The notes under the pieces were generated by a model. That model was not told the DNA's origin, ran no database searches, and was given only the letters and a program-made list of their open reading frames with translations. A DNA stretch of 64,000 nucleotides. Origin: Podospora anserina. Lineage: Eukaryota. The DNA lies in the NCBI GenBank assembly GCA_017654855.1, contig CM030334.1, positions 868,001 through 932,000 on the forward strand, read 5' to 3'. Shown in pieces: positions 1-13,904 of the stretch; positions within the stretch are counted from its first letter, which is position 1, and each line of letters opens with the position of its first letter. The translations under genes and the position numbers were made by a program.

Positions 1-3000
1 CCACTCCCCCATAAAAGGCTATCAGACGTGGCACACATGCTCCCCGTGCGATACCAGATCTGAGATGACAGACGGTTGTTCCGCGATAGAAGTGGGCAAT
101 GCTGTTAGGGTTGATACTATTCTGGAGTTAAGTTAGAGACGGAATTATAAATTTTGGGTAAGCCAGTCAGTCTTACTAGAGGCTTTAGGGGCTTCCCGTT
201 CCCAAATGCTGTACCCAGTGTTTCATGACACGGGTCGTGAACTTGGAAAGGGTCGACAAGAAGTCGGACAACCCTAAAGGACCGCTCCGTTCAATTGGGT
301 CATGATGTTCTTAAGATGTCAGCCACAAATATGACCTTGCAGGAGTGGATAGCTTACCTTGTGTAATGTCAAGAGTTCCAAATCAGGATCACGTTAGGGT
401 TTGGAGGAAGATTTATCACTATTGCACTTGGTGCCCAACTTGTTTGATGCCTGGTCCGTTATATTACGTTAGGTGTAATTGCTCAAGAAAGAAGACTCCC
501 TGTGTTCGGAGAGTTGGGATTGATTGTCAGTCGACCCCTCACAGGAAATGGCAAAATGTCGCGACTGAGCCGCCAAACGATTTTCTTTTGCACTCCGAGC
601 ACCAGGACCGCACACAGCGCTGCCGCCTAGCAAGACGACAATTGGTTTCTTAGATGACATTGTCGTGTAGAGCCTGACTTTTAAGATAGCCGGTGTAATC
701 GAGAAGTCGTAGGTGGGTTGGGAGGTAATGTCGACAAATACTCGAAGAAAAACCCAAACGGCGGAGAAGCCGCAGTGGCCTGCAATCTTCCCCTATTACT
801 AGGCCGCACGTTTCAGGCATCATCGACCTTGCCGTTGTCTCCTGCCGCTTCTCTAGCCAAGGGTTTCCGCCGATCATGACCAGTTGGCCAATCTATCCCC
901 ATGGCCTTTGACAGTTGCCGGGAAGGTGACGGACATGACTTGATGCCGGTGCCCAGTCAGGTCCTGATCTTCAAATTTCACTCCCTGTGATATATGATGC
1001 TGAAAAAGGTCTTGCAATTCCCATCCACATCGCGGATAGGTGGTCTCGGCTTCTCAACTGACATCAGTCTCATCTCGGACGCATTCTCCTCGACTTATTG
1101 CTTAATGCCAGGTTGCATCTTGTTTGTACAGCATCTAAATCAAACGCCATTACCTACTCAGCTCATTTCATCAACTTGATAACAACCCAGCTGGTTTACC
1201 AGACAAGGAACCACCCTCCATCAGGGTATTCATCTGTACCTCTGAGTCGTTGGCTGGATTCATCGCCATCACTCTGACTCTTGTTCCTTATACCGTCAGT
1301 TTCTCTGCCGTCCGAGTCAACCAAGTACACAGTCGGCATCTTAAGTCTCCGCCACCTCCATCTTCGTTTGTGTCTCTCCATAGGAAAAAAGTATTCCTGG
1401 CATCTGGAGCTTTTCTCCCATGGAAGGAGGCCAGCAGCAGGACAGGCCATCCCCCCACTCGTCAGGATGGGTATACCTCTTAATGCCCGATTCATTGAGA
1501 TTTGACGGGCTCTTTCTTACAGCTTACCTTGAACCTCCAGCATGCCACCAGGAACTGCTCCTAGCCTCCTCTTCCCCGAGTAATGTTGCGAGAGAAAAGC
1601 CGGGAATCAGCAATGACGAGAATTCGACCAAGATCCTACCATCGCAGCAGCAGCCGCCCTGTTTCAAGTTAGCGATGCCGAGTCCTCGTCGCAAAAAATC
1701 AACACCAAATCAATAGAAACAGTCGTCAACAAAGTGAAAAGCCAAACGCCAAGCAAGTAGACAAATAAAAAAAGGGTATCTTCGGGCTTCGCTGAAAAAT
1801 AGTAAAAATAAAGCAAAGGACAATAGGAGAAAGACCAAAGGAGAAGAAGAGAAAGGCCGGCTTTGGTGTCTTCTCCAGCTCTAGGGGAGAAAAAAGAGAT
1901 GGAATAGTTTGAGTGTCTTCCCCAACTCTGAGCCGACCTGACCATTCAGTTTGAAGAGCAGTGGAAGTATTCCCAACACCTCGAAGGGTTCATTCCGGAT
2001 CTTCCTCGCTGCATCCGGTGCCCCGCCCTACACGCTGCAATCCCGGGGGACCGGCATTTCCAGCACATCTGGTCGGGTCTTGCAATCCGGTCAGTGGCTT
2101 TCGTTTGCGCGACGTGGATCTGACACACTCGGGATGTTATGTGTTGCCTCTGCTCATCACCCATCCACCGAAACCCAACATCAGGTAGAAGCTGTCAACG
2201 GCACAACGCCAACCATCAGACGCTCAACCCCCACTGCGGTTGGTCCGCTTCGCGATCAACGCCTTCGCCAACATCGATCGAACCCGAGTTCTCTCCGCAA
2301 GCCACTTCCTCCAGTTCATTCCACCAAAGCCGTTTCAATGTCACAGAGTCATCACTCGCATCTAGATTCAAGCCCCCAAACCTAAACTCACAACTGCCAC
2401 CCGTCCAGTCTTTGCTCGAATCAATCTCTCCACGTGGGTCGTGGGAAAGGGTGTGATGATGTTCAGGGGTCCACACTCAGTGGAACCTCGAAAGCAGAAA
2501 ACGGCCGGCAGGGTTCAACTCAACGACGTCAAATAGTGGAGTCGCCGGGAACAAGAGGGGTAAGGGGTCCTGCGTTTGGCCCTTATGCACTCAACCCTCG
2601 AACCGAGCATCGATTGATGAGACAACTACTTGGAGGACGAGACAGAAAAAGGCGCGCATACCGTTCGTCGTTTCTCTGGTCATTTTCTGCAAACAACTGG
2701 GCTTGTTATTCCCAAATATGTCTGATTTGTAACAAGCCCGCCCCGAAAGCATCTGCCGGGTCCTCGGGTCGAAGTCTCCATGAGGCGCCAAGACATTCCA
2801 GTCTCTTCGCCAGTGGGGGCCAACAGTCATCCAACCGCCCTGTTCTCCACGGAATGATGGAAGGGTCCACGGGGTCTCTCTTGATCAAATATCCACCCAC
2901 GATGTTTCCTCGCTAGCGTCTCCCGGTGCCGTCATGTTTCCAGACAAACTCCGATGCAGGGGAAGTTCCGGAGCAAAACTACAAGTAGCAGTCTCTTCCC

Positions 3001-3311
3001 TCTCTCCTCAACAACTTCCGATTCTGTTAATAATACCCGCCTACCACCACGGCACACACTCACATCGCAGCACACTATTGGAAGGGAAACGTACATACAC
3101 CTTACATATATCATCAATAAACACTTCCCCTCTCTCACATACCCACCCGCATCTTGCGTGATATACTTTTCTCAGAATTGGTGGGGGTGACTACTCACAT
3201 ACACAAATACAAACCCATCCGATCGATCGGACCGAGCAATACCAGCTCCTATTTATCATTCACAACAACCGCCACACAATTATCAATCTCCCCACCAGGG
3301 TCGACATCACC

Positions 3312-3896
3312 ATGTTCAACCTCGAAACAACCATGCCTCTCCACCCCTCCTCCAAAACTCTCCGTCCACCATCCCGACCAATCTCTCGACGACCATCCCT
3401 CAACACCGCTCCCACAACCATGAGCACCACAACCGCCACCACCACCACCACCCGCAAAACCCACCCTTCCACCCTCTCAAGGCAACAATCCTCCACCCTC
3501 CAAAGAAACCAACAATCCTCCGACCTCCTCATCACCACCATCTCCCCCCTAGTCCACACAATCCACCACTTTCAACAACTCGCCTACCACCTCTGCCTCA
3601 ACACCCTCTTCGCCTTATCCATCCTCGCCTCCGCCTCCTTTGTCGCAAGCAAGGCCGTCGCCTACCGCTCTTTTCTCCTTTCCAAAATCTTGGCAGAGAG
3701 CGGTGTGCTAGCGGGCAGGTGGGTCTACGCCAAAGTCTGGAACGGGCAGAGGTCAAGGCTGTTCAGAAAGAGGCTCGAGTTTGAGATTTTTGTATTGCTG
3801 TTTGGGTCGGGGAACACTATCTTGCTGTTGGTCCTGTGGCCGGGGTGGATTGTGCTTGGATTGGCGGGCGTGGGGTGGTGGTTGGTTAACGGTTGA
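3312..3896 (+). CDS. Hypothetical membrane protein (S/T/P-rich N-terminus, hydrophobic C-terminal segments)
   Basis: Single-exon ORF of 194 aa with the same C-rich 5' / G-rich 3' composition as the clear genes here. The C-terminus is hydrophobic (FEIFVLLFGSGNTILLLVLWPGWIVLGLAGVGWW). The start could also be the ATG at 3333. Confidence 0.7.
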   Translation: MFNLETTMPLHPSSKTLRPPSRPISRRPSLNTAPTTMSTTTATTTTTRKTHPSTLSRQQSSTLQRNQQSSDLLITTISPLVHTIHHFQQLAYHLCLNTLFALSILASASFVASKAVAYRSFLLSKILAESGVLAGRWVYAKVWNGQRSRLFRKRLEFEIFVLLFGSGNTILLLVLWPGWIVLGLAGVGWWLVNG

Positions 3897-4100
3897 GGGA
3901 AGAAGAAAAGCTCACGACTTAAAACCCAGCAAGATAGAAGCTGGGATTCAGCACGTCGATTAGTATCGAGAGAGATCTGATCCTTTCAACCAACAAACGA
4001 CCCGGCCCTGGCGGTAGAGGTTTGCTGTGATGGTATCATCCATCCCCGCCAATCCCAATTGTCACCGGGAACCTGCTTGCGGATACTGTCAATCGGGACT

Positions 4101-5296
4101 TCATTTCGTCCCCGAAAAGAAAAAGGCATTTCCACCAGTGTCCCGCTGGATCTCCTTGGAGTAATCCACGTCAGGATCAAACTCCTGCCACACACTCGCC
4201 GGGTAGATGTGCTTGTTGCGCTGGTACCACCTCCGATCAACAACCTTTGTCCACTCTGGATCATCACCCGCCCCCTCCAGCGTTCTGATATTCCCACCAG
4301 CCTTCAGAACGCCACCACTTGCAGTCGCAGCAGCAGCAGCACCGTCCCCGGCAGGAAGAGGAGCCTCAGCTCTGTACTCAAACAATCTCTTCCCTTTTGG
4401 GCCGAGAGTCTTGTTCATAATGAAGAAGTAGAAGTCGTAATGCTAACATTAAATGTCAATAACCTTGTCTCATGACCCTTGCGAAGTGAACTTACATGAG
4501 GAATAATAACCCCCCTCCTCACCAACATCAAATCATCCACCCCAACCCTCGCCCAATCCCTCCTCGCATTAGCATTCTTATCCCCTCCCACTCCCAACTC
4601 TGCCCCCACCTTCCTGCTCTTGTCCAAGAAAAGCCAGATGTGATCCCCCTTTTTCACCCGGACAACACCCCCGGGGATGTTTGTGCCATCGTAGAAGACA
4701 AACGGGATCGCAATTTCCGTCTGCTTCACCGCCGCCTGTAAGATCAGGAACTCCTTCCTCAGGGCGTCCTTTTCAGCTTGTTCCTTTAATCTTGCTGCCT
4801 TGGTCAGGGCTTTGGGGATGACGGGGGCGGAGGTGTTGACTATTTTCTTCGTGTCACTCTCGCTCTCGGGGGTCGGGTTTTTCGACTTGGGTTTTGTTGT
4901 TTGTGGCCCATCCTCCTCTTGATTGTTTTCCTCATCGTCATCTCCGAATGACACCAACGCCTTGACCGCGCGCTTGGTGGTGGTTTTCTTTTTCCTTTTC
5001 GGGGGAGGTTGGTGGTGGCGGCGGTCGGTTTCGCTCTCACTGGGGACGGGGACGGCGGCGGCGGGGGTGCCGGTTTGGGATCTGTTGGGGGGTGTTAGGA
5101 CGTTGCTGTTGTTATTCGCGCGGGTGATGGCGGCGGCGGCTTCGCGGGCTTCGCGCTCTTGCTGCTCGAGGACTTCGGCGCGACGTTTGCGGAAGTCGGC
5201 CAGGCCGACGAGGCCGACGGTTGTGTGGGAGAGGCGCTCGTTGGTTGTTTGGTTTTGGGCGGTGAAGCGGGAGGTGGTGGGGGTTTGGTCGGACAT
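4101..5296 (-). CDS. XAP5/FAM50-family nuclear protein
   Basis: Exons 5296-4496 and 4442-4101, with a GTAAG...TAG intron at 4495-4443. XAP5-type motifs TVGLVGLADFRKRR, IAIPFVFYDGTNIPG, IIPHHYDFYFF and KVVDRRWYQRNKHIYPASVWQEFDP. Confidence 0.92.
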
Positions 5297-5561
5297 TTTT
5301 TGGGTGGGTGTGTTGTTGTCTTGTCAATTGAAGAGAGAGAGTTGATGAGGATGACGTCGCGGGGCGGGCTTTGGCAGCGTTGAATATGCTTGTGGTTGCG
5401 AAGAAGCGCTATGGAAGATTCCGCGAAACTCACGGCGGGTGTCGCGATAAATACCCGACTACACTGGCGGAAATAGTGGGGCACGCGAAGGCCAAAAGTT
5501 GTGTGTAAACCTCCAGAAACTCATTTTCCTCTCCAGCCACGTTGTCGCAGACGACCTGCTC

Positions 5562-7135
5562 CTATCCCAAATCTTTCAATTTTCCCTGCAAAAAGCCCGC
5601 CAAGCTCTCAAACATAACGGCGTCATGTCCTTCCCGCCAATGCACTGTTACTGTTGTCGTGGAGACGCCCATCTCAACGGCAACGTCAAACCCCAGCCGG
5701 CATTGCACTGGATCAGATCCCGGCGCGGCTGAACTCAACACGGAGAAGCTTGTGGATTGGTCTCGCATTTTCTTCCGCCTCGATGCCCGGCTCCAGACAT
5801 TTTCTCTTGTCCTCCCTGTTCCCTTTCTGGCGTCTGTGTCCCAGTTCCACGACAGTAGCTCCAATGACCGCATAACCTCGTTAATCCTCGTGATGGCGTG
5901 GTCAATTGATCTCCACGGATGCAGACTCAAAACCTCAATTGCCAAAACTGGCGGCGAGACTTTCTTCCAGCCGCTGGTCTTCACCCTGGCAACATGTTCT
6001 GCTGGTCTCATTGGCCCGAAACTCCACCCAAGCGCCCATCGTCTGGTCTTGTTCCCTTGTATGAACTCGGTGATGGCGTAGTTGTCTATTCCATTGGCCT
6101 TGAGCTTGTCAACCAAAGTCTCGACACTGCTAGCTTTGCCTAGCATGGAGGTGTACCACTGAACCTCCTCTTTCAGCACCAGAGACTCTTCTAACATCCG
6201 ACTGATGTGAGCAATTTCGCCACCCTCACAAACCATCTCGACAGGTGCGCCAGTGCAAGCCGAATGTGGCGGACGTACTTTACTTTGCGCCGAAGAGAGC
6301 ATATCGTCCTTAGACTCGTAAAAAGGAGGGTTCATCATGGTGAAATCGATGTGGATGACCTTCTCGCTTTCTCTGCCACGGAGAGGAATCAGGGTGTCTT
6401 CTGGTTGGCGCCCCAACACAGTAATTCGGTCTTCAAGATGGTTCAACGCGACATTTTCCCTTGCATATTGCAAAGACTTCTCATCGATGTCTGGTTGGTG
6501 TTAGCTGGCAATGGTAACCATGCTCACCAACATGAACAGCACGTACCGGTTGCAACAAAACGCCACGATGGGCGCTGGGTCGTCCCCAGCAAGGGGTAGA
6601 TACAGCTTGCGCCTGTTCCAATGTCGAGCCCGCAGGCTGGTCGGCCTGGTGGCTCGTACGACGAGGTGTCCACCAATTCCTTAAGCCATAAAATGTAGTT
6701 GTGTCGATTTGGCACCTATGACTTTGTCAGCGAGAATCGACACTGTGTCTGAGGGGCGAAAGCCTACTGGAGGGCACAGTCTGTCATCGGGCAGCTCTAG
6801 CTTCAGGTTGAAGTCGAGTGACAGCAGCGTCTTGGTGAGCTGCATGACCGCCTTTGGCTCGGTGAAATCGAGATGGCCATTTTCTTGGAGTCTGGAGTCA
6901 CATCATCAGCCAGTGCTATGGTAAGGTGGAAGGTATAGACACAAACATACACAGCAGCAAAGTCTACATCTTTCTCGGCGAGTTGTTTGAAGTCGAGCTC
7001 ACGATCATACAGGTGCCGAAAGTGAGCATCATCTGAAGCCGCTACGTTGAGGGACTGTTGAGATGCAGGAGCTGCTTGGGACTTGCGACCGGGTTGTTCC
7101 AGATCATCCAGTACCTTCCTCTTTTTGCTCGACAT
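5562..7135 (-). CDS. METTL16/RlmF-like (DUF890) RNA m6A methyltransferase, probable U6 snRNA methyltransferase
   Basis: Exons 7135-6951, 6891-6768, 6715-6547 and 6490-5562, all GT-AG. Motifs RLCPPVPNRHNYILW, GLDIGTGASCIYPLLG, catalytic NPPFY, WYTSMLGK and QGNKTRRWALGWSF. Confidence 0.93.
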
Positions 7136-10100
7136 TTGGATAGATGGTGGCTTGGGATTCTTGCATATTAGATGCAGCTTGTTTGGTCGAGGTCTTTGGC
7201 TGGTGATGTCTGCTGTGTTGCATCTGGGAACTGCAGTGGGGCGAGGAATTGACCAATCAGATCACGTGCCCAGGCTGCCATCACCGACCGATATCTTTTG
7301 GCGAAGACCTGCCCTGAAAAATGCAACTCCTTCTTTGTGTTCTCTTTTCCATCTCTCTTTCTTCCAGCTTCAGATCACAAAATGGATACACCGGTCCTCC
7401 AACTTTCTCAATGTTGGGTCTATCGCCTCGTCTCAATACAACGGCATCCCTAACGGTGGTATCTGCAACCCTAACCTTCTCTTTCGACCCCTCAGTTCAA
7501 TGCGACGGCAGCACGGTTTCGCTGCTTCAACCCGCCCCCAACAGTAACAGCCCGGTCTTGCACAACATGCAAAATTAATGAGCACCCGGCAGTTCCCCGT
7601 CATGGTGTGATATCCTTCATCGACTTCATACGAGTGCTGTGGTAGTGTTGGTACGGGATCCTTGCCCAATCTATCGAGTTCGTGGTACTCGCCAGGTCAG
7701 CCTGTGTTTCGGCAAAGCCGTTTCCTCAAAAGTTGCTGTGAAGCGTGGCCGATTTCGGTATGCAGGCAGATACTGCTGTGCACATGGCTGGCTACTTGGT
7801 CCCTTCGGTTCAGCCACTGCCGAAGGATGCCGTCTCCATCGCTTTGGGCTTCGGCTCAACTTCTCAACTTGATGTCGACGGCTTACTGAGTCTCCAGCAG
7901 CAGCCCACAGAAGCCTGCGACTCGGCACAAGAAATGGTGACATGGATTGCCACGATGTGAATGATGCCGAGTGATCTATTTGACACACCTCGCAACCTAT
8001 CCGATTCGAGATGTCACCGTATTGGCGCCTTGCCCTTGGACCGACCCTAGCTGCGCCCGGCCTGTTAGCCAGAACAACTGCATGATACGACCACCTCTGG
8101 ACCGTCTGCCTGAGTGCTCGAGTGGATGAGTCGACATTGCCAACCCTCTGTGCGGCCCCTTTGTGGTTACCTGCTTGGGGAGAAGCGTTTGGCACGCTGC
8201 GCAAGCTTCACGTCGTGCCAGCGGGTTGGGACATGGTTGCAACACTAGGCGCGGAACAAATCGCCGGCAGCCCCTCTTCGCCTAGGTCTAATACCCGATT
8301 GGCATCACGGTTTCCCACATCATGGTGTTTTTCTGGAAGCCCACTGCTCTCGGATCGTCATCAAAACGACGTCGGCTAACACACAGGGGTACTGAACAGT
8401 GTCTCGGTTCTTGTACCTAGTGCCAGCCATTTATGGTGTCGAGGAGAACGCTCGGTGGCCGAATGTGAGACCCTTTGAAGACAAGAAGCAGAAGTGGTGT
8501 GGCAGCCCCGACAAAAATCAACAACTTGCAGAGATCTGTGGGCACGCACACGCTCCAGGCAGTTCTCCAGATTTACGAAGGGCGCCAAAACATTCGCTTC
8601 AGATATCGCTATCGCCGCCAAATCTCGGATTCTATGGTGGCGACTGGTGATACGCGACAGAGAGGCACCGTTGGCGTCAGCCTTGTTGGTTGCCTTCTCT
8701 GCCGGGAGAAACCCATTCTTGGCTGTCATCTTGAGGCTCTGTTCTTTCTCTTTATGGACTTGATGGTGCCTCTCGCCGCACCCCGGCCTGAATTTGTCGA
8801 TACTCTCGGATCAGTCCGACAGTATGCACGGTTCCAACAGCCGGTTGGCAGGACGTTGTATTCCTTTCAGGCTTTCCACGTGTGGGCACAGAGGCAACAG
8901 CTAGGCACTTCATCGGATTTCTGGTCACGAAGCTCAATTTTGTCTTCTCTTCTTTTCGGTAGAGCATCTCTCACTGGCTCTTGGCTTTGGAAGCTGAGAT
9001 GGCAGGTGGGGTGCTCCAAGCTGCCTTTTGTGCCTTGTCCTTCTGTGACCCCTGTCAGCAGACCCAACATCCCGCAGCGCTCGCCTCGGTGGATGTCACA
9101 TCATCTCTACAAGTCGATCTGATGGTGTTGCCAATCCTCTGTCTTGTTACCGAAACGAGGCTCTACCCATGCGTACAAAGGCGGCAAAGCAGGCTCCACT
9201 CAATCAGGATGCCGCTCTTTGGCACCACCACTCCGTCCCATTTGGAGAAACAATAGCAAACAGTGGCAGCCTCCGGGTCCAATTAGAGAGCAATTTCAGA
9301 CATGCGATGAGTCTTCTACTGGCTACTAATGCTGGTCAAACCTGCCTTCCATGCGGAGGATGGTGTTCATTGGGTGAACTTGTTTGAAGGTCGGCATTTA
9401 AAAGCAAGCGAACACCATGACATGATGCCACCTCGATCCGAGACATGTTGACAGTTTTCTCGAACACCTCGGATTATCAGCCACTGCATTCCCTTATCAT
9501 CCTGGTCCTCTTTTATACTTTTGGTTGACCAGTGTTCCACACCTTTACGAATCCTTGGCCCCGCCACATCAGCTCTGAAGTATTTATTGCACCCCAAACC
9601 CCACGCTTTTGTGGTGGTCTCCGGCCCCGGTCATCTCTCCGTGTGCTACTGCAGACTTGTTCGCCATTGCTTGCAGCACTTCTCGGCTGTCAGCTTGCAT
9701 CATTCGCCAAAAGAGCTTAGGTATCGATAACCTATCTCTCAACATATCCCACAACGACCGAGACCACCATCAACGTCCAGGTCAGCAAAAGCACTGAATT
9801 CTCCATTCTATTAACTCGGAGACCGAGAAAGGAAAAGAGCTCGGACACAGTTCGACCAAACATTGCCGTGGTCTGGGTCAGTCACACACCCTGCTGGACT
9901 TGGCACACCACCCGACACCACCAGCGGGCACCCCGGGTCCTCAACCTCGCCGTGCGCTGCCGTTCTACATCTGGAGAAAAAGTACTAAACTTGACTTCCT
10001 CAACGTCCCGACGTCTCAACGTCTCACCGACTCCTGCAGACTGTCTTGCCGAACACATCACCCTGCATCACTCTCGTCCGCCATCATCCAGTGAAGTGGC

Positions 10101-10702
10101 GGCGACTAGCGAGAACGGCAGCATCCTGGTGCCGCTCATCGGACGCACTACATTCTGTCTCTCTTGAACCAAGTAACCCGCTTGCCTTCTCCATAGGTTG
10201 CCGGTTTGGAGAACACCTCTCCGTTTGTCGCATCGTCAGATGTCTCCCATCTACTCGGTCGCATTCGCACAGGCTCTGCAGTTGTGTACCGGCGAGTGGG
10301 AAGGTATTGGTTCATCTTGACCCGTCTTGTTTCGGGAGCCCACAGTTGGGTCACTGGCTCTTTTGTCCGCCTACTTTTCCGCGCAGTCATCACCATCGTT
10401 CTGACCATTGGCAAGGCGACAACAGATCCTCAAATACGGACGCCCCGCGGGTCTAAGCTTCTTTCTTGACCACCCACGTTGCGCCTGCCAGTCGCACAAC
10501 CTTATTGCAGTACAAGGCGCCTACTCGGTCTGCAGTTTTTCACCACTGAAGTGCTCCTTCTGTGCCCCTCTTGGCCCTCAATACTCCGCACCCACCAGAC
10601 CAATACCTCAAGGCTTGATCTTCAACCAATCCAACCAATCTGCAACTCAACAACATCATCAGCTCCTTTGCCGTCTTTATTGCGAAGGTATCCTTAGCAA
10701 TC

Positions 10703-13700
10703 ATGGAAACAGACAAGCACTCGCTTGAGGTGCGCGAGGGGAATCCGCCAGCCCCTGCTAACGGTGAGGAATGCAAGGCCCCAGTCGAAGGCAACCCCAA
10801 GGCAGCTGCCACAGACAAGAAAACCGGCGAGCGAGTGGCTGGCAAGCCAAAGGACAAGAAGCAGACCGAGAAGAAGTCGTCGAAAGCCAAGCGGAAGAAG
10901 AAGGCTGATGCCTTGCCGTCCTCCGACGAGAGCGCCACCGATGATGACACCAGCGAATCTGACTCCGCCTCGGACCATGACGATAGCTCCTCTGAGTCCG
11001 AGAGCGAGTCCAAGAAGAAGCGGGTGACAAAGAAGCGACACGAGGCTAGTAGGTCCAAGAGAAAGTCACGAAGCAAGAAGTCCAAGAAGCCTGTCACATC
11101 GGAGGAGTCCTCGTCTTCATCCGGCGAATCTGACTCTGATGCTTCCAAAGCCGAAACCGAGGATTGTTCTGAGGACGAGATGAGCCCACGAGAGGCGGTG
11201 AAACAGATGCACCTTCTTGTGGCGCAAGCGCAACAATTGGCGCAGCAGCAGCAACACCTGCCACTCGGTGTGCCCCTGTCTTCATCTCAAGGCATGCAGT
11301 TCCAGAGACAGAACGCCATGCCTTATTCTTTTAACCCTTCACGTCAGTATAACAACGACGACTATGACGGCGGTGCGCCCCCGAGCTTCAATCCTCCTCG
11401 CAGTTCCAGGAGAGGGCCTCGTTTCGGCCAAACTCCTGGCGGGAGAGGCAACTATGGTCTGGGAGATCTGGACGCCGGCCTTTCTAATCTCCTGGACCCC
11501 AACCTTCTCGGCGACGGCAAGCGTCTGACCAAGGACAAAAAGGAGAGAAAGAAGCAGAAGAAGAAGGAGGAGGCGGCAAAGCTCAACTACAAGCGGGTTG
11601 ACCAGGTTTGGGACAGCTCGATTCACAACTACAAGCTTCAGGACACGGCCGAGGGTTCGGTTGACTCGCAGTATCATGATTTTCTGTTTCATGTGCGCAG
11701 AACTTTTGATTGGGAGGGCAAGTATAAGGCTACCATTGTCGACATCAAGAGTAAACTCCTACGCGAGTGCTTGCAGGATGTCATGGGCAATGTTAAAGGC
11801 GTGTCATTGGTGGAGAGCACACCCAAGCTGGACCCCAATCTACTTTTTCTGTAAGTTGCCCTTACCTTGCGACTTGATGGAAGTGGCTAACTTGATAATT
11901 GTAAGCTATCTCGATGATTTGAAGACGGCTCTGAAGGGCCTTAAACGGCGTACTTGCAAGGGTGCCAAGCGGGATCTTAAGAAGGAGCAGAAGCGTCTGG
12001 AGGATAAGCGCAAACACCTGAAGGTCCTGATTAAGTACCTCGACAAGGACTATGCGGAGGTCAAGAAGAGGTGGGCGTCTGAAATCACATTTCTCATTCT
12101 CGATAACTAACAGTGGTCAGTCTGTACCCGATGCTGAAGAACGGACTCATCACCTTTGACCTGCTCTGGGCCCTCTGGAAGCCCAACACTCTTGCTTTCG
12201 CCCACACCTACAGTTCGCCGGATGAGCCTCGCGTGTTCAAGGTTGAGATCGCAGAGAAACACTCCTCGTTCATGAAAGGCGACTACTATTACTTGGAGGG
12301 TAAGTATTTCGAGTACGACGGCAAGCAGTTTGGTTACGGAAGCGTCTCGGAGGAGATTATGGAGTTTAGAGGCGCTCGCAAGATCACCAGCTTGAATTGC
12401 TATCCGCTCAGCTACCACAAGAACGAAGCCAGGGTGCGCGAGGAGCTGGTGGAGCGAGGCAAGAAGTTCGTCGGCCTGGCTGGTGTGTACTACAAGAGTC
12501 ATCAGGGCATGGCGTACTACAAGAAGAAGAAGGGAGTTGTCAAGGTCAATATCAATGGCCGGATCATGGTCGACCCTGCTATTCACAGGAGGATCAATCC
12601 CAACTACCCGATTTCGATGGTGCGGCCAAAGGACCACGACAGGTACTCGGACGATGAGTGCTCTGATGAGTCGGACTGTAGTGGATGTGGCTCTGATGAC
12701 GAGGAGGAAGCGTTCAAGCGCAACGCTCGTCTTTATAGACCCAAGCGGAGCGGCCCTCCTGAGAACAACACGGGGGAGAAGCTGGAAAAGGTTTCGGCGC
12801 AGAATGATGAGGTCGGTGAAGAGACCAAAGATGGAGAGGAGGCGGAGAACAAGGAGGTACCGGCAACTGGTTCCAAGGACGCCAAGAAGATCCCCGAGTT
12901 CAGCGAGGAGGACTACTTGATTGCCTCTCCCGTGGTGCTTGGGTTCTCGTTTGCGGAAAAGCTGTGGCTTGAGTTTACCGTTTCTGGTGTCAAGGAGATT
13001 CAGTGGAACGAAACGGCGTATGACTCGCTGGTGCTCGAGTCCAAGACCAAGGACATAGTCAAGGCGTTGGTCGAGTCTCACAAGTACCATGCGGCCGAGA
13101 GTATCGACGATGTCATCCAAGGCAAGGGAAGAGGCCTGGTCGGTGAGTTTTTTCGCTCTCTTTGTAACATGCTGCATATCACTGACGAGCCTATAGCTGT
13201 TCTTCATGGTCCGCCTGGTACTGGCAAGACTTTGACAGCCGAGGGCATCTCGGAACTGCTCAAGTGTCCGCTCTACATGGTTTCGGCGGGCGAGCTGGGC
13301 ACCGATTCTCGCTTCCTCGAGACCGAGTTACAAAAGATTCTCGACATTTGCCACGCCTGGGGCGCCATCCTCCTGCTCGACGAAGCGGACGTCTTCCTCG
13401 AGAAGAGGAACATGCACGACATTCACCGCAATGCTTTGGTGTCGATATTCCTCAAGCAGGTTGAATACGTGCAGAACATTCTCATCCTCACTACGAACCG
13501 TGTAGAGGTATGTTGCCTGCCCTTGCTGTCGGTTTCTTGCTGACATGATAACACAGACATTTGATGACGCCTTCCAATCCCGCATTCACATTGCCCTTCG
13601 CTACGGCAACCTCGAACAAAAGGCCAGGAAGGCCATCTTCAAGATTTTCATCGACCGCGTTCGTGCTCACGAGGGCAGCAAGCTTGGGCCGTTCACCGAT

Positions 13701-13904
13701 AGCGATTACGAAAGTCTTTCCCGGAAGGAGCTGAACGGGAGGCAGATCAAGAACACGGTCAGGACGGCGCAGGCGCTGGCGGTTAACAAGGGCGAGCCCT
13801 TGTGTATGAGCCATATCCGGCAGGTCTTGGAGGTACAGGCAAACTTTGACCGGGATCTGAAGGGCGGGACGGGGTATCAGGACGCGATGAGGAGTTATTT
13901 TTAA
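10703..13904 (+). CDS. Fungal AAA+ ATPase with long K/S/D/E-rich N-terminus
   Basis: Exons 10703-11850, 11906-12070, 12121-13142, 13197-13507 and 13557-13904. Walker A LHGPPGTGKT, Walker B LLLDEAD, LTTNR, FDDAFQSRIH and LNGRQIKN. Confidence 0.93.

Noticed and set aside
100..402. TTAGGGTT/AACCCTAA telomere-like words (also near 7467) as a telomere relic or telomerase RNA template
   Set aside because: Isolated copies of about 1.5 units that are not tandem, with no supporting structure identified.
12107..13207. Long antisense ORFs (also 16049-16831, 49438-50223, 57437-58132)
   Set aside because: These are shadow frames of real genes caused by codon bias.
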